Assembly: GCA_963422645.2 (NCBI GenBank)
Contig: CAXXVO010000012.1
Location: 160,001 to 224,000 of the forward strand
DNA: 64,000 nucleotides
Source: Alphaproteobacteria bacterium
Lineage (GTDB): Bacteria > Pseudomonadota > Alphaproteobacteria > UBA828
Reading direction: 5' to 3'
Numbering within the stretch: the first letter of the stretch is position 1; each line of letters opens with the position of its first letter. This document shows, one piece after another, positions 40,648-52,989 of this stretch. Made by a program: the position numbers and the translations under genes. The notes under the pieces were generated by a model that saw only the letters and a program-made list of their open reading frames with translations, ran no database searches and had not been told where the DNA came from.

Positions 40648-40916
40648 GCGCCGACTCCCGCGGGGGTTCCCATCGTTGCCCCCCTTATATCCTGCGTCGT
40701 CTCAATTCGCTCGGGTTGGCACCACCTCGGGCGGGTCTCTCCCTCTGTGTGCGCGGCAGGGCTGTCGTCAGGCGCCCAAGATTGACCGACACAATGATGT
40801 GAAACATAAGTCCATAAGTGTGAGATATGCGGGTTGCCATGCAGGCGTCCGGCGCGCGCAAGGCACACTCGGCGAGAGATGACGCGTTGATGACGGGACC
40901 TGTGGATCGGCGACGG

Positions 40917-43343
40917 ATGCGAAGGGTAGTGGTCGCGATCCTCCTGCTGACAGGGGTCGCATTGGTCGGGGCCTGTGGCGGCGGGGGCGGCGACGCAAAT
41001 CCGCAAACAACGGCCCCGCCTGCGCCGGACCCGCCACCCACGCCGGACCCGCCGCCGATGCCGGATCCGGAGCCTCCGGTTGTCTCGCCCGCATGCGTCG
41101 AGACCGTCATCGGGTGCCTGGTGCAGGAGAGCTATGAAGCGGAGCGCCGAACGATCGCGGATGCGCACAGCGGCGAGGACGACTTCAAGAATCAGTGGGG
41201 CCTGGCGCCGCTCCGGGCTGATATTGCCTATGCGCAACTCCAGCTAAAGCACGGTATCGGAAGGGAAGTCGGTAACGGTCAGACAGTCGGTCTCATCGAC
41301 ACCGGGATCGATGCCGGACACCCGGTGTTCGCCGGCAAGACGATAAGCGAGCACTTGTCTGGAAGTGCGCAGGACGAGACTGGCGACGAATTTTCCCACG
41401 GGACGGCGGTCGCGAGTGTCATCGCGGCAAGGCGGGACGCCGTGTTCGACTACGCCGGTGCGAGCCCCGCGCACGGCGTAGCCTGGGGTGCCGATATCGC
41501 GATGTTGGCTATCCCGACCAGCTCGGGAGGCGGCACTTACGTTCCGATCCATTTGTCCGGTCAAACCAGTGCCGACGACCGATGGGCGTCCAGGCTCAAT
41601 CACATGATCGATTGGTCGATTGGCGGGCGCATGCTCGATTTCGTCAACGTCAGCGTCGGGTACCACGGGATCATCGATCAATACAGCGAGCAGGAAGTTC
41701 GTGACAGTTTCGGCGCTTCGATAGCTGCGGTCGAACAGGCGGGCGTCGTCGACAAGACAGTCTTCGTTTGGGCCGCCGGTAACGCGCACGGAGACCATTG
41801 CCATGCGGCCGACTTCGCGAAAAACCCGGACTTGTGCGTGAACGGGACCATCAACGCCAAGTCGGTCGAGTTCATGCCGGGTTGGCCGGCGCGCGTTGCC
41901 GAGCTGCGCGGACACCTTGTCGCTGTCGTGGCCGTTGCCCCGGATAGCGACGGGGATGGAACCTACGAGATTGCCGACTTCTCCAATCGCTGCGGAATCG
42001 CCAAGGATTGGTGCATCGCCGCACCGGGGGAGGACGTGCGGGTAGCGTACTTCGGGCCTTATGAAGGGATTCTTGGAGCCCGGCGTAACGGCAACGGCCG
42101 CGGAACATCCTATGCAGCGCCCATGGTGACCGGCGCGCTCGTGGTGATGAAGGATTATTTCCGAGACGAACTCTACAACACCGATCTGGTCGCTCGGCTC
42201 CTGGCAACCGCCGACAAGGGCGGCATCTATGCGGACGCAGATGTCTATGGCCAGGGTCTCTTGAACCTGGCTGCCGCGACCACGCCCGCCGGTACACCCG
42301 GTATTGCGCTCGGCCCGCGGGTCGCGGATACCAGCGTCGATCTGACGGCAACCGGCCTCGGGCTCGGCGATGCCTTCGGCGACGGGCTCTCGCAGGCGCT
42401 GGCAGGCCGAGAAATCGCGGCGTTCGACGAGCTCGGAGCGCCATTCTGGTACGCGCTCGGCTCGCTCACCGCTCCCGCGGACGGCCCCTCCGCAAGCGCG
42501 CGGTTGTAGAGCTTCATGGCGCAACGGCTCGAAGGACAGGAGCCCGGCACTTGGCGCCCAACCGTTGGCGCGGCCGAGAACGGCGAAGAGGACGGCAATT
42601 CCGCCCCGCTTCGGCTGGGCTTGCTGGCATCGCCCGGGTTGGGGAAGGGGAGCGGGCATCTCTCCCTCGCCGGGCGGGCGCTAACAGTCGGCGCTACGGG
42701 GGAGCGCGGTCTCAGCGCCGCGGCCTTCTCGACCGAGGGCCTGGACGGGCGGGCGCCCGTGTCGGGCGCCACGTTTGCCTGGCGGCCGGAAGGAGCCGCT
42801 CTCAGCCTGCGCGGCGGCCTGGTGGGCGAGCGTGAGAACCTTCTCGGCTCACATGCGGCCGGCGCCTTCGGGCGCATGGCGGCTGCATCTGCCTTCGCCG
42901 GGGTTCAGGCGGGTGCGCATGTCGGCCCGTGGCGGCTCTGCGTCAACACTGAGGTCGGCTCAGTCAACGCGTCGGTGCAGGGCGGACTGATCGCCGACGT
43001 CTCGCCGCTCACCACGAGCGCCTTCGCCCTGCAAGCGACGAAGACGTTCGCCGGCGAGGGCACGCTCACACTCTCGCTCTCGCAACCTCTCCGCGTCGAG
43101 GCCGGCCGCGCGCGTCTTTCCGTTCCTGTGGGTCGCACGAAGGATGGAAGGGTGCGGCGCCACTCGATGATGGCCGATCTCGTGCCCTCGGGCCGGGAAA
43201 TCGAAGTCGCTGCCCAGTGGCGGCAGCCGCTCGCAGCGGCGGGCGAGCTGCGGTTCGGTGTGGCCTGGACCCGCCATCCGGGACACGCTGCCTCGGCAGA
43301 TCCCGATCTGACCTTCCTCGCTGCATGGCGCCGAATCTTTTGA
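40917..43343 (+). pseudogene. S8 subtilase lipoprotein with beta-rich C-terminal domain, split by in-frame TAG at 42507-42509
   Basis: LVGAC lipobox, Pro-rich linker, IDTG / HGTAV / GTSYAAP triad; downstream ORF 42516-43343 is in the same frame and ends in F. Confidence 0.8.
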
Positions 43344-43477
43344 TAGGGTGTAGTGTGAGTTGGCGGGTGCCTTGCGCTCCGGAAGAGAGGGGACAAGTCG
43401 TACCGGCGAGGTGATTCACGTACGATCGCAAATCCCCTATGCCCTTGACGGCATAGTGTTATAGCCAGTCGTAACCG

Positions 43478-43506
43478 TTGACGCTTATCATGGTCATGCT
43501 CAAACT
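43478..43506 (+). promoter_or_regulatory. candidate sigma70 promoter of the HU gene
   Basis: TTGACG-17 nt-CAAACT upstream of GGGAG RBS and the displaced ATG at 43573. Confidence 0.4.
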
Positions 43507-43578
43507 TTCGCCGTCGAGTCGGTCGTCACGATACTCAGTATCGAACCCACGAAAGTGAAATGGGAGCAAGCAATGAAC

Positions 43579-45466
43579 GTAACTGCCCAGGTTCTTGCTG
43601 TGAAAATTCTCTGGGATTCGGCACAACGCTACCCACGCGACGCCCGTGTGCTCCTCTGGGGTCGCCGGGTTTCACAGCTCACGATGCCCCTCTTGCGGAC
43701 TGCGACCGGTAAGCTACCCCGATGTGGCCCGAAGTCCGCCCGCGCGACGGGCACCGATTTTCATTCTATGGGGTGGTCCAGCACGGCGTCGACCATGATC
43801 GTTTATGAGAATGGCTCCGCTGTTGGAGAACCCGTGCCAGGTGAGCTTACGCGCACTTGACGGTGGCGATGAGCCGATCCGATGGGCTGGTCAGGGCTTC
43901 GATGATATTCCAGCCCTGCTTTCTGGCGGTGGTGATGACGCTGCGCAGGATGGCGAAGTTCTCGGCCCCCTGCGCGGACCGGAAGCCCCCGGAGATCTTC
44001 TGGCGCAGCTTCATCATCCGAAGGTCGCGCTCGGCCTCGTTGTTCGTGAACCCGACCTCGAGGTCGATCAGGAACCGGAGCACCGCGCATTTGTGGTCGC
44101 GCAGCCTCAAGGCCAGATTGTGACCGATCCTTCGCTTCCGGCGCTTCTTCCTCTTGCCAGGCGAGAACGGTGGTTGGCTCTCGTGAAAGGCCAGCGCATC
44201 GGCGATGATCTCGTCGTATCGGCGCTCGATCAGCGCCACAAGCCTCGCCGGAACGGCGATATCCTTGTCCAGCGCGATGCGGGCGGCGCGATTGGCTCGG
44301 CGCAGGAGCTGCTGCATCCGCCGGGCCCAAGCCTCCCCTTCGATGTCCACCAGCGCCTGCAACTCCCGCAGGTGATGGGCGTTGCACAGGCCGTGCTCCA
44401 CCCCTTCCATCGCGAAGTACGGCTTCCAGTGATCGTGCACGACGATGCCGGAGACACCCGAGAGCAGGGCGCCGCGCTTGCCGCTGACCCGGTACGCCGC
44501 CAGCAGCGGCGTGCAGATCACATGAAGCCACTGCGTCTGACCGCCGATCCGCAAGCCGGTCTCGTCCATGTGTTTCACCCGCGCCGTGCCCGCCGCCAGG
44601 TCCTGTATGTGCAAGGCCGCGTCCCGCAGCCGCTCGGCCGCCCTCTCGCTCATCGTCGCCAACGTCGCAGCCGTCACCGGCGCGCCGAAGAGCTCGGCCA
44701 TCACCTGCGACAGCCGATCCTCCGGCAGGAAGTGAGCGTGCTGAAGGTAGACCGCCACCCCGGCAATGCGCGGGCCGTACTGCACCGGCGCCGACACCCC
44801 GTCGGGGAACGCCGCCCGGGTCACCGTCCCGCAATGCCCGCAGCACTTGGCATGCGCCCGGTGCTCGGTCACCTCCAGGGGGCTCGGCTCGGGCAGATCG
44901 AACACCTGGCGGGCGACGGGCGTTCCCGCCCTGGCCGCGTCCGAAAGCGGCGAACCGCATCCCTTGCAGGAAGCCGGGACGTGATCCTTCACCCGATCCG
45001 GGTGATCGGCGCGGCGCAGCGTCTTGCCCTTGTGGCCGGGCTGGCCACCGGGCTTGCGGCCCGATTTGCCGCGCAGGCTTCGGGTTCGCCGCTTCGAATT
45101 CGGCTTCCTCAGCCCATCGCTCGAAGGCGGCTTGCCGCTGTTGCCGCTGTTGAGGCCGAGACGGCGCTCCAACTCCTCGATGCGCTCGACGAGACGCGCG
45201 ACTTGCTCTTCCAGCCGCGCGTTCTGCTGCCGAAGCCAGGCATTTTCCTCCCGAAGCCGGGCGTTCTCCTCCTCCAGGCGGGCGATCTTCTGCGCGGGCG
45301 TTTCGGGCGCTGCTCCCGTCGAAGGGCCGCGCGGCGACTCGGGATTGCTCATGTCGTTGTTGAGTCATTTCCCGAAATTCCCGTCAAGCCCTTTCCACCA
45401 ACTCCGAACGAGAAACGCCTCAATCCACTGGCCCAAAATGACAAATCAGACGACCTGGGCAGTTAC
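43579..45466 (-). mobile_element. IS66-family element inserted at the HU start codon
   Basis: IRs GTAACTGCCCAGGT; 8-bp duplication CAATGAAC at 43571-43578 and 45467-45474. Confidence 0.94.
43847..45352 (-). CDS. IS66 transposase TnpC
   Basis: Leucine zipper, NSGKPPSSD, HMDETG, CNAHHLREL, TNNEAERDLR. Confidence 0.94.
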   Translation of the reverse strand: MSNPESPRGPSTGAAPETPAQKIARLEEENARLREENAWLRQQNARLEEQVARLVERIEELERRLGLNSGNSGKPPSSDGLRKPNSKRRTRSLRGKSGRKPGGQPGHKGKTLRRADHPDRVKDHVPASCKGCGSPLSDAARAGTPVARQVFDLPEPSPLEVTEHRAHAKCCGHCGTVTRAAFPDGVSAPVQYGPRIAGVAVYLQHAHFLPEDRLSQVMAELFGAPVTAATLATMSERAAERLRDAALHIQDLAAGTARVKHMDETGLRIGGQTQWLHVICTPLLAAYRVSGKRGALLSGVSGIVVHDHWKPYFAMEGVEHGLCNAHHLRELQALVDIEGEAWARRMQQLLRRANRAARIALDKDIAVPARLVALIERRYDEIIADALAFHESQPPFSPGKRKKRRKRRIGHNLALRLRDHKCAVLRFLIDLEVGFTNNEAERDLRMMKLRQKISGGFRSAQGAENFAILRSVITTARKQGWNIIEALTSPSDRLIATVKCA

Positions 45467-45468
45467 CA

Positions 45469-45744
45469 ATGAACAAGGCTGAGCTGATCAAGGCTGTCGC
45501 GAGCAGCGCGGACATCTCCAGTGCCGACGCGGTGCGCGCGGTGGACAGCGTGTTCGGCGCCATTACTGACACGCTACGGAGCGGCTCCGATGTCAGATTG
45601 GCGGGGTTTGGGTCGTTCAGCGTCGTCGAAAGGAAGGCCACGACCGGGCGAAACCCCCGTACCGGCGAATCCATTTCGATTGCCGCCTCCAAGCAGCCGA
45701 AGTTCAAGGCCGGCAAGACGCTCAAGGACGCGGTCAACGACTGA
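45469..45744 (+). CDS. hup: DNA-binding protein HU
   Basis: MNKAELI...GFGSF...GRNPRTGE...PKFKAGKTLKDAVN. Confidence 0.96.
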   Translation: MNKAELIKAVASSADISSADAVRAVDSVFGAITDTLRSGSDVRLAGFGSFSVVERKATTGRNPRTGESISIAASKQPKFKAGKTLKDAVND

Positions 45745-45767
45745 TCGGCGTCCCGCTTGGCAGGCGC

Positions 45768-45843
45768 GGGCGGTTAGCTCAGCTGGGAGAGCGCTTGGTT
45801 TACACCCAAGAGGTCGGCGGTTCGATCCCGTCACCGCCCACCA
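45768..45843 (+). tRNA. tRNA-Val (TAC)
   Basis: Cloverleaf; CTTGG-TT-TAC-AC-CCAAG anticodon arm; GGTTCGATCC; CCA. Confidence 0.96.
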
Positions 45844-46014
45844 GGCGTTGGTTGTTCCAGGGTTGCAAAGCGCGGAGACTCACCCGTGGAGGTCGTACCC
45901 CGAAGCGGGTGGTCTCTATCCGCCTGGAGTCCCAGCCAAGCAACTTGACCCCGCCGGACCCCTGCTCTACATGGTGACGGCCGGCGCGGCGACGGCACGT
46001 CGGCCGGATCCTGC

Positions 46015-46093
46015 GGGGGTGTAGCTCAGCTTGGTTTAGAGCGCCGGCCTGTCACGCCGGAGGTCGCGGGTTCGAGTCCCGTCACTCCCGCCA
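46015..46093 (+). tRNA. tRNA-Asp (GTC)
   Basis: GGGGGTG/CACTCCC acceptor stem; CCGGC-CT-GTC-AC-GCCGG; GGTTCGAGTCC; CCA. Confidence 0.96.
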
Positions 46094-46265
46094 TAACCCC
46101 GGAGCGCCGTTCTGGAGCGCCGGGACGGGAAGAGCTGCAACGGGGTGCCGATTTGATGCAGGCCGCGGGATTCGGGGGTGGCCAAGAATGGCTACGGCAC
46201 GAATGCCGTAGGGGCCCTGCGCGTGGCCTGAGGGCCGCTGATCGCCGGCTTGCGGGTCGTGGCCG

Positions 46266-46640
46266 ATGATTGCATCGACCGGGCTGCTCCTCGAATACCT
46301 GCCGATCGTCATCTTTCTCGGCATCGCCGGCGTGATGGCGATCGCCGCCATCGCGGGCTCCTACGTGCTCGCGCCGCAACGGCCCGACCGGGACAAGATC
46401 GCCGCCTACGAGTGCGGCTTCGACGCCTTCGAGGATGCGCGCGGCCGCTTCGACGTGCGCTTCTATCTCGTGGCGATCCTCTTCATCATCTTCGATCTCG
46501 AGGTCGCTTTCCTGTTTCCGTGGGCGGTCTCGTTCAGCGAGATCGGGCTCTACGGTTTCTGGTCGATGATCGTCTTCCTCGGGCTGCTGACCATCGGCTT
46601 CGTCTACGAGTGGAAGAAGGGCGCGCTCGAATGGGAGTAG
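46266..46640 (+). CDS. nuoA: NADH-quinone oxidoreductase subunit A
   Basis: [29 protein letters not shown]. Confidence 0.97.
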   Translation: MIASTGLLLEYLPIVIFLGIAGVMAIAAIAGSYVLAPQRPDRDKIAAYECGFDAFEDARGRFDVRFYLVAILFIIFDLEVAFLFPWAVSFSEIGLYGFWSMIVFLGLLTIGFVYEWKKGALEWE

Positions 46641-47185
46641 GGACCACGACCGTCGGCCTGCCGGGCCAGCCGCTGCCGGCGGGTGAGGCCCAGGACCAGG
46701 CGCTCGCGCTGGTCAGCGACGAGTTGAACGACAAGGGCTTCGTCGTCGCCCAGCTCGACAGCGTCATCAACTGGGCGCGCACCGGCTCGCTCTGGCCGAT
46801 GACCTTCGGGCTCGCCTGCTGCGCGGTCGAGTTCATGCAGACCATCGCGTCCCGCTACGATATCGACCGCATCGGCATGGTGCCGCGCGCGAGCCCGCGC
46901 CAATCGGACGTGATGATCGTCGCCGGCACGCTGTGCAACAAGATGGCGCCCGCGTTCCGGCGGGTTTACGACCAGATGCCGGAGCCCCGCTACGTCATCT
47001 CCATGGGAAGCTGCGCCAACGGCGGCGGCTATTATCACTACTCCTATTCGGTGGTGCGGGGCTGCGACCGTGTCGTCCCGGTGGATGTCTATGTCCCCGG
47101 TTGTCCGCCCACGGCCGAAGCGCTGCTTTACGGCATCATGCAATTGCAGCGGAAGATCCGGCGTACGGGGACCATCGCGCGCTAG
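46631..47185 (+). CDS. nuoB: NADH-quinone oxidoreductase subunit B
   Basis: [28 protein letters not shown]. Confidence 0.97.
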   Translation: MGVGTTTVGLPGQPLPAGEAQDQALALVSDELNDKGFVVAQLDSVINWARTGSLWPMTFGLACCAVEFMQTIASRYDIDRIGMVPRASPRQSDVMIVAGTLCNKMAPAFRRVYDQMPEPRYVISMGSCANGGGYYHYSYSVVRGCDRVVPVDVYVPGCPPTAEALLYGIMQLQRKIRRTGTIAR

Positions 47186-47209
47186 CGCGCGTCGAGAGCG
47201 GGCGAGGGG

Positions 47210-47833
47210 ATGGACACGGCCGGACTACGCGACCTCGGCGAGCATGTCGCGACCAGTCTCAGCGACTACGTGTACGCGGCCGAGGTCGTCCGCGACGAGC
47301 TCACCGTCGACGCGCGCGCCGACCAGGTGGTGCGTGTCCTGAAGTTCCTGAAGGACGATCCGCGCTGCCGCTTCGAGCAGCTCACCGACCTCTGCGGCGT
47401 CGATTACCCGGAGCGTGACCCGCGCTTCGATGTCGTCTACCACCTGCTCAGCATGAGCCACAATTGCCGGCTGCGCCTCAAGATCGGTATCAACGAGGAC
47501 CAGCCGATGCCTTCGGCGACCGAGATCTACCCCTCCGCCGGATGGTGGGAGCGCGAGGCCTGGGACCTCTACGGCATCTACTTCGCCGGCAACCCGGACC
47601 TGCGCCGGCTGCTCACCGATTACGGCTTCGACGGCCATCCGCTGCGCAAGGACTTTCCGCTTACCGGCTATGTCGAGCTGCGCTACGACTCTGAGCAGAA
47701 GCGGGTGGTGTACGAGCCGGTGAAGCTCACCCAGGAATTTCGCCGCTTCGACTTCCTGAGCCCCTGGGAAGGCGCGTCCTACCCGCTGCCGGGCGACGAG
47801 AAGGCCGGTGACGCCGGCGAGGACGGGCGCTGA
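47210..47833 (+). CDS. nuoC: NADH-quinone oxidoreductase subunit C
   Basis: [18 protein letters not shown]. Confidence 0.97.
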   Translation: MDTAGLRDLGEHVATSLSDYVYAAEVVRDELTVDARADQVVRVLKFLKDDPRCRFEQLTDLCGVDYPERDPRFDVVYHLLSMSHNCRLRLKIGINEDQPMPSATEIYPSAGWWEREAWDLYGIYFAGNPDLRRLLTDYGFDGHPLRKDFPLTGYVELRYDSEQKRVVYEPVKLTQEFRRFDFLSPWEGASYPLPGDEKAGDAGEDGR

Positions 47834-47835
47834 CC

Positions 47836-49014
47836 ATGAGCGAGCGCCAGATCCGCAACATGACCCTGAACTTCGGGCCGCAGCATCCGGCGGCGCACGG
47901 CGTGCTGCGCCTGGTGCTGGAGATGGACGGAGAGGTGGTCGAGCGCGCGGACCCCCACATCGGCCTGCTCCATCGCGGCACCGAGAAGCTGATCGAATAC
48001 AAGACCTACCTGCAGGCCGTGCCCTACTTCGACCGGCTCGACTATGTCGCGCCGATGAACCAGGAGCACGCTTACGCGCTCGCCGTCGAGGCCCTGCTCG
48101 GGCTCGAAATTCCCGAGCGCGCGCAGTACATCCGCGTGCTCTACAGCGAGATTTCGCGCATCGCCAACCATCTGATGAACATCTGCACCATGGCGCTCGA
48201 CGTCGGTGCGATGACCCCCTTCTTCTGGGGCTTCGAGGAGCGCGAGCTGACCATGGAGTTCTACGAGCGGGCCTCGGGCTCGCGCCTCCATGCTGCATAC
48301 TTCCGCCCCGGCGGCGTCGCCTACGATCTCGCCCCGGAACTGCTCTCGGATATCGGTGCGTGGAACGAGAGATTTCCCAAGGTCATCGACGACATCGAGA
48401 ACGTGCTGACCGAGAACCGTATCTTCAAGCAGCGCACGGTCGATATCGGTATCCTGAGTGCGCAGGAGTGCTTCGACTGGGGGCTGACCGGGGCGGTGCT
48501 GCGCGCCTCCGGCGTTTCCTGGGACCTGCGCCGCAATCAGCCCTACGAGGTCTACAGCGATCTCGACTTCGGCGTGCCCATCGGCTCCAACGGCGATTGC
48601 TACGAGCGTTATCTCGTCCGCATGGAGGAGATGAGGCAATGCGGCAAGATCATCACCCAATGCCTTGAAAAAATGCCGGATGGACCGGTCAAGGTTCAGG
48701 ACAACAAGATCACGCCGCCGTCCAGGGCCGCGATGAAGGAGTCGATGGAGGCGCTGATCCATCACTTCAAGCTCTACACCGAGGGCTACCATGTGCCGGC
48801 GGGCGAGACCTACCGGGCGGTGGAGGCGCCGAAGGGCGAGTTCGGGGTCTATCTCGTGGCCGACGGCACCAACCGGCCCTATCGCTGCAAAATCCGGGCG
48901 CCGGGCTTCGCGCACCTGCAAGTGCTCGATCACATGAGCAAGGGCCACATGCTTGCGGACACGGTGGCCAACCTCGCGAGCATGGACATCGTGTTCGGGG
49001 AGGTCGACCGGTGA
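47836..49014 (+). CDS. nuoD: NADH-quinone oxidoreductase subunit D
   Basis: [29 protein letters not shown]. Confidence 0.97.
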   Translation: MSERQIRNMTLNFGPQHPAAHGVLRLVLEMDGEVVERADPHIGLLHRGTEKLIEYKTYLQAVPYFDRLDYVAPMNQEHAYALAVEALLGLEIPERAQYIRVLYSEISRIANHLMNICTMALDVGAMTPFFWGFEERELTMEFYERASGSRLHAAYFRPGGVAYDLAPELLSDIGAWNERFPKVIDDIENVLTENRIFKQRTVDIGILSAQECFDWGLTGAVLRASGVSWDLRRNQPYEVYSDLDFGVPIGSNGDCYERYLVRMEEMRQCGKIITQCLEKMPDGPVKVQDNKITPPSRAAMKESMEALIHHFKLYTEGYHVPAGETYRAVEAPKGEFGVYLVADGTNRPYRCKIRAPGFAHLQVLDHMSKGHMLADTVANLASMDIVFGEVDR

Positions 49015-49604
49015 CGGGCGAAGCCGGCAACGGCGCCGAGGCTTTCGTCTTCACGCCCGAGAACCGAGCCAAGGCGGACGCGGTGATCGCCAAGTACCCG
49101 GCGGGCTGCCAGGCCAGCGCGGTGCTGCCGCTGCTCGACATTGCCCAGCGCCAGAACGACGGCTGGATCTCCCAGGCGGTGATGGAGCACGTCGCCGAAG
49201 TGCTCGACATGGCGTCGATCCGGGTCTACGAGGTTGCGACCTTCTACTCGATGCTGAACCTGGAGCCGGTCGGCCGCAATCACGTCCAGCTTTGCCGCAC
49301 GACGCCGTGCTGGCTGCGGGGATCGGACGCGTTGCGCGACGCCTGCCGCGAGGAGCTCGGCATCGGCCTCGGTGGAACGACCGAAGACGGCCTCTTCACG
49401 CTGACCGAGGTCGAATGCCTCGGCGCCTGCGTCAACGCGCCCATGGTGCAAATCAACGATCACTTCTACGAAGACCTCGATCCGGCGCGCATGAAGGAAA
49501 TTCTGCGCGCCTTCAGGGCCGGGAGCCCGCCCGAGCCGGGCCCGCAGACCGGCCGCCAGACCTCTGCGCCCGCCTCCGGCCTGACCACACTGACCGAGCT
49601 CTGA
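49011..49604 (+). CDS. nuoE: NADH-quinone oxidoreductase subunit E
   Basis: [21 protein letters not shown]. Confidence 0.96.
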   Translation: MTGEAGNGAEAFVFTPENRAKADAVIAKYPAGCQASAVLPLLDIAQRQNDGWISQAVMEHVAEVLDMASIRVYEVATFYSMLNLEPVGRNHVQLCRTTPCWLRGSDALRDACREELGIGLGGTTEDGLFTLTEVECLGACVNAPMVQINDHFYEDLDPARMKEILRAFRAGSPPEPGPQTGRQTSAPASGLTTLTEL

Positions 49605-49606
49605 AC

Positions 49607-50917
49607 ATGCTCAGCGATTCCGACCGCATCTTCACCAACCTCTACGGCGCCCAAGACTGGGGCCTGGCCGGTGCCCGCGCGCGGGGCGACTGGGACGGCA
49701 CGGCGGCGCTGATCGCCAAGGGGCACGACTGGATCATCGATCAGGTCAAGGAGTCGGGCCTGCGCGGGCGCGGCGGCGCCGGCTTCCCGACCGGGCTGAA
49801 ATGGTCCTTCATGCCCAAGGAGGAGGCCCCCGGGCGCCCGCACTACCTCGTGGTCAATGCCGACGAGAGCGAGCCCGGCACCTGCAAGGACCGGGACATG
49901 ATGCGCCACGACCCGCACAAGCTGATCGAGGGCTGCCTGATCTCGGGCTTCGCCATGCGGGCTCATGCGGCCTACATCTACATTCGCGGCGAGTTTTACG
50001 ACGAGGCGGTCGCGCTCCAGGCGGCGATCGACGAGGCCTACGACGCGGGCCTCATCGGCAAGAACCCCTGCGGGACCGACTGGTCCTTCGACGTCTATCT
50101 GCACCGCGGCGCCGGCGCCTACATTTGTGGCGAGGAGACCGGGCTGCTCGAGAGCCTTGAGGGCAAGCCCGGGCGGCCCCGGCTCAAGCCGCCCTTCCCG
50201 GCGGCGGTCGGTCTCTACGGCTGCCCGTCCACGGTCAACAACGTCGAGACCATCGCGGTCGTGCCCACCATCCTCAGGCGCGGCGCGGAATGGTTCGCCG
50301 GTATCGGCCGGCCCAAGAACACCGGTACCAAGGTCTTTTGTATCTCCGGCCACGTCAATCAGCCGTGCAATGTCGAGGAGGAGATGGGCATCCCCATGCG
50401 CGAGCTGATCGAGAAGCACGCGGGCGGGGTGCGCGGCGGCTGGGACAACCTGCAGGCGGTGATCCCCGGCGGCGCCTCGGTGCCGCTGCTGCCGAAGTCG
50501 ATCTGCGACGAGGTGCTGATGGACTTCGACTCGCTGATGGCCGAGAAATCCGGCCTTGGGACGGCGGCGGTGATCGTGATGGACAAGTCGGCCGACGTGG
50601 TCGAGGCCATCGCCCGGCTCTCCCACTTCTACATGCACGAGAGTTGCGGCCAGTGCACGCCCTGCCGGGAGGGCACCGGCTGGGTCTACCGCGTGATGCT
50701 GCGCCTGATCAGGGGCGAGGCGTCGGTCGAAGAAATCGACATGCTGTGGGACGTGGTGGGGCAGATCGAGGGCCACACCATCTGCGCCCTCGGCGATGCG
50801 GCGGCGTGGCCGGTGCAGGGGCTGATCCGCCATTTCCGGCCCGAGCTCGAGCGGCGCATCCTGGCCGAGAAGGTCGGCAGCGGAGACGCAACTGCCGCGG
50901 CAGCGGCAGCGGCCTGA
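49607..50917 (+). CDS. nuoF: NADH-quinone oxidoreductase subunit F
   Basis: [32 protein letters not shown]. Confidence 0.97.
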   Translation: MLSDSDRIFTNLYGAQDWGLAGARARGDWDGTAALIAKGHDWIIDQVKESGLRGRGGAGFPTGLKWSFMPKEEAPGRPHYLVVNADESEPGTCKDRDMMRHDPHKLIEGCLISGFAMRAHAAYIYIRGEFYDEAVALQAAIDEAYDAGLIGKNPCGTDWSFDVYLHRGAGAYICGEETGLLESLEGKPGRPRLKPPFPAAVGLYGCPSTVNNVETIAVVPTILRRGAEWFAGIGRPKNTGTKVFCISGHVNQPCNVEEEMGIPMRELIEKHAGGVRGGWDNLQAVIPGGASVPLLPKSICDEVLMDFDSLMAEKSGLGTAAVIVMDKSADVVEAIARLSHFYMHESCGQCTPCREGTGWVYRVMLRLIRGEASVEEIDMLWDVVGQIEGHTICALGDAAAWPVQGLIRHFRPELERRILAEKVGSGDATAAAAAAA

Positions 50918-50928
50918 GGACGCATCCG

Positions 50929-52989
50929 ATGACGACGCTCACCATCGATGGCGCCGAGATCACGGTCGAGCCCGGCTCGACCGTGATGCAGGCCTGCGTG
51001 CAGGCGGGCAAGGAGATTCCGCACTTCTGCTATCACGACCGGCTCACCATCGCCGGCAACTGCCGCATGTGCCTGGTGGAGATGGAGCGCTCGCCCAAGC
51101 CCATCGCGTCCTGCGCGATGCCGGCGGCGGAGGGCATGGTGATCCGCACCGACACGCCGGAGGTGAAGAGGGCGCGGGAAGGGGTGATGGAGTTCCTGCT
51201 CATCAATCACCCGCTCGACTGCCCGATCTGCGACCAGGGCGGCGAGTGCGACCTGCAGGACCAGGCCATGGCCTATGGCCGGCACTTCAGCCGCTTCAAC
51301 GAGAGCAAGCGCGCGGTGCGCGACAAGGATGTCGGGCCGCTGATCGAGACCATCATGACGCGCTGCATCCATTGCACGCGCTGCATCCGCTTCGCCGACG
51401 AGATCGCGGGGGTCGAGGAGTTCGGCGCGGTCTTCCGCGGCGAGCACATGGAAATCGGCACCTATGTCGAGAAGGCGGTCTCCTCCGAGCTCAGCGGCAA
51501 CATGATCGACCTCTGCCCGGTCGGCGCGCTGACCTCGAAGCCCTACGCCTTCGTCGCGCGCTCGTGGGAGTTGCGCACGACCGAGACGGTCGATGTGCTC
51601 GATGCCGTGGGCTCCAACATCCGGGTCGATGCGCGTGGGACCGAAGTACTGCGGGTGGTGCCGCGCCTCCACGACGACATCAACGAGGAGTGGCTCTCCG
51701 ACAAGAGCCGCTTCGCCTACGACGGGCTGCGCCGCCGCCGCCTCGACCGCTGCTACGTGCGGCGAAAGGGCGCGCTCGAAGCCGCAAGCTGGGCCGAAGC
51801 ATTCGACGCCATCGCTGCAGCGGCAGAGGGTCTGGACGGCAGCCAGATCGCGGCGCTTGCGGGCGATACGGCCGACTGCGAAGCCATGACGGCGCTCGCC
51901 GACCTGATGGGAGCGCTGGGCTCGCCCCATCTCGATTGCCGGCAGGACGGCGCCAAGCTGGATGCCACCAGCCGCGCCTCCTACCTCTTCAACACGACCA
52001 TCGGCGGGATCGAGGAGGCCGACGCGATCCTCCTGATCGGTGCCAACCCGCGCTGGGAAGCGTCGCTCGTCAATGCGCGTATCCGCAAGCGCTGGCGCCG
52101 GGGCGGGCTCAAGGTCGGCGTCATCGGCCCTGAGGTGGAGCTGACCTATCCCTACCACCATCTGGGCGACGGGCCGGAGACCCTCGCTGCCCTCGCAAAG
52201 GGTGGAGATGCCTTCGCCGATGTTCTGAAGATGGCCGAGCAGCCGATGCTGATCGTCGGCATGGGCGCGCTCACGCGGCCTGACGGCGCCCAGGTACTGG
52301 CCCACGCCAGGGCGGTTGCGGAGGCGACCGGGATGGTCGCCGAGGGCTGGAAGGGCTTCAACGTGCTGCACACGGCCGCCGCCCGCGTCGGCGGGCTCGA
52401 CCTCGGCTTCGTGCCGGGCGAGGGGGGCCGCGATGCGGCGGCGATCTGCGAAGGCGCCGGCGACGGTGCGATCCGCCTGCTTTACCTGCTGGGCGCCGAT
52501 GAGAATGCGCTGAAGCGGCCGGAGAACTGCTTCGTCGTCTACCAGGGCCACCACGGTGATGCCGGGGCGCGGATCGCCGACGTGATCCTGCCGGGCGCCG
52601 CCTACACCGAGAAAGACGGCACCTACGTCAATCTCGAAGGCCGGCCGCAGCGGGCCTTTGCCGCGACCGCGCCGCTCGGCGACGCGCGGGAGGACTGGCG
52701 CATCCTGCGCGCTCTCTCCGCCCGTCTCGGCAAGCCTCTGGCCTACGACACCCTGGATGAGCTTCGTGCCCGCATGGTGGAGCGAGCGCCGGCGCTCGCC
52801 GCGATCGGTCAGGTGACCGCGGCGCCATGGGTCGAATTCGGCGCCGCCGGCGCCATGGATGAGGCGCCCTTCGCGTGCCCCATCGGGGATTTCTACCAGA
52901 CCGATCCGATCACCCGCGCCTCGGTCACCATGGTCGAGTGCAGCGCGGCCTTCGTCGCGGCGGTGGAGGGGGGCGCCAGCGATGGCTGA
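50929..52989 (+). CDS. nuoG: NADH-quinone oxidoreductase subunit G
   Basis: [33 protein letters not shown]. Confidence 0.97.
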   Translation: MTTLTIDGAEITVEPGSTVMQACVQAGKEIPHFCYHDRLTIAGNCRMCLVEMERSPKPIASCAMPAAEGMVIRTDTPEVKRAREGVMEFLLINHPLDCPICDQGGECDLQDQAMAYGRHFSRFNESKRAVRDKDVGPLIETIMTRCIHCTRCIRFADEIAGVEEFGAVFRGEHMEIGTYVEKAVSSELSGNMIDLCPVGALTSKPYAFVARSWELRTTETVDVLDAVGSNIRVDARGTEVLRVVPRLHDDINEEWLSDKSRFAYDGLRRRRLDRCYVRRKGALEAASWAEAFDAIAAAAEGLDGSQIAALAGDTADCEAMTALADLMGALGSPHLDCRQDGAKLDATSRASYLFNTTIGGIEEADAILLIGANPRWEASLVNARIRKRWRRGGLKVGVIGPEVELTYPYHHLGDGPETLAALAKGGDAFADVLKMAEQPMLIVGMGALTRPDGAQVLAHARAVAEATGMVAEGWKGFNVLHTAAARVGGLDLGFVPGEGGRDAAAICEGAGDGAIRLLYLLGADENALKRPENCFVVYQGHHGDAGARIADVILPGAAYTEKDGTYVNLEGRPQRAFAATAPLGDAREDWRILRALSARLGKPLAYDTLDELRARMVERAPALAAIGQVTAAPWVEFGAAGAMDEAPFACPIGDFYQTDPITRASVTMVECSAAFVAAVEGGASDG

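Noticed and set aside
41010-41080. CCGGACCCGCC-type repeats
   Set aside because: Encode the Pro-Asp linker of the subtilase lipoprotein
43555-43860. 101-aa ORF upstream of the IS66 transposase end
   Set aside because: Product of the duplicated HU start reading into IS sequence
45768-46093. tRNAs as integration sites for the upstream accessory region
   Set aside because: No integrase and no duplicated tRNA 3' end noticed
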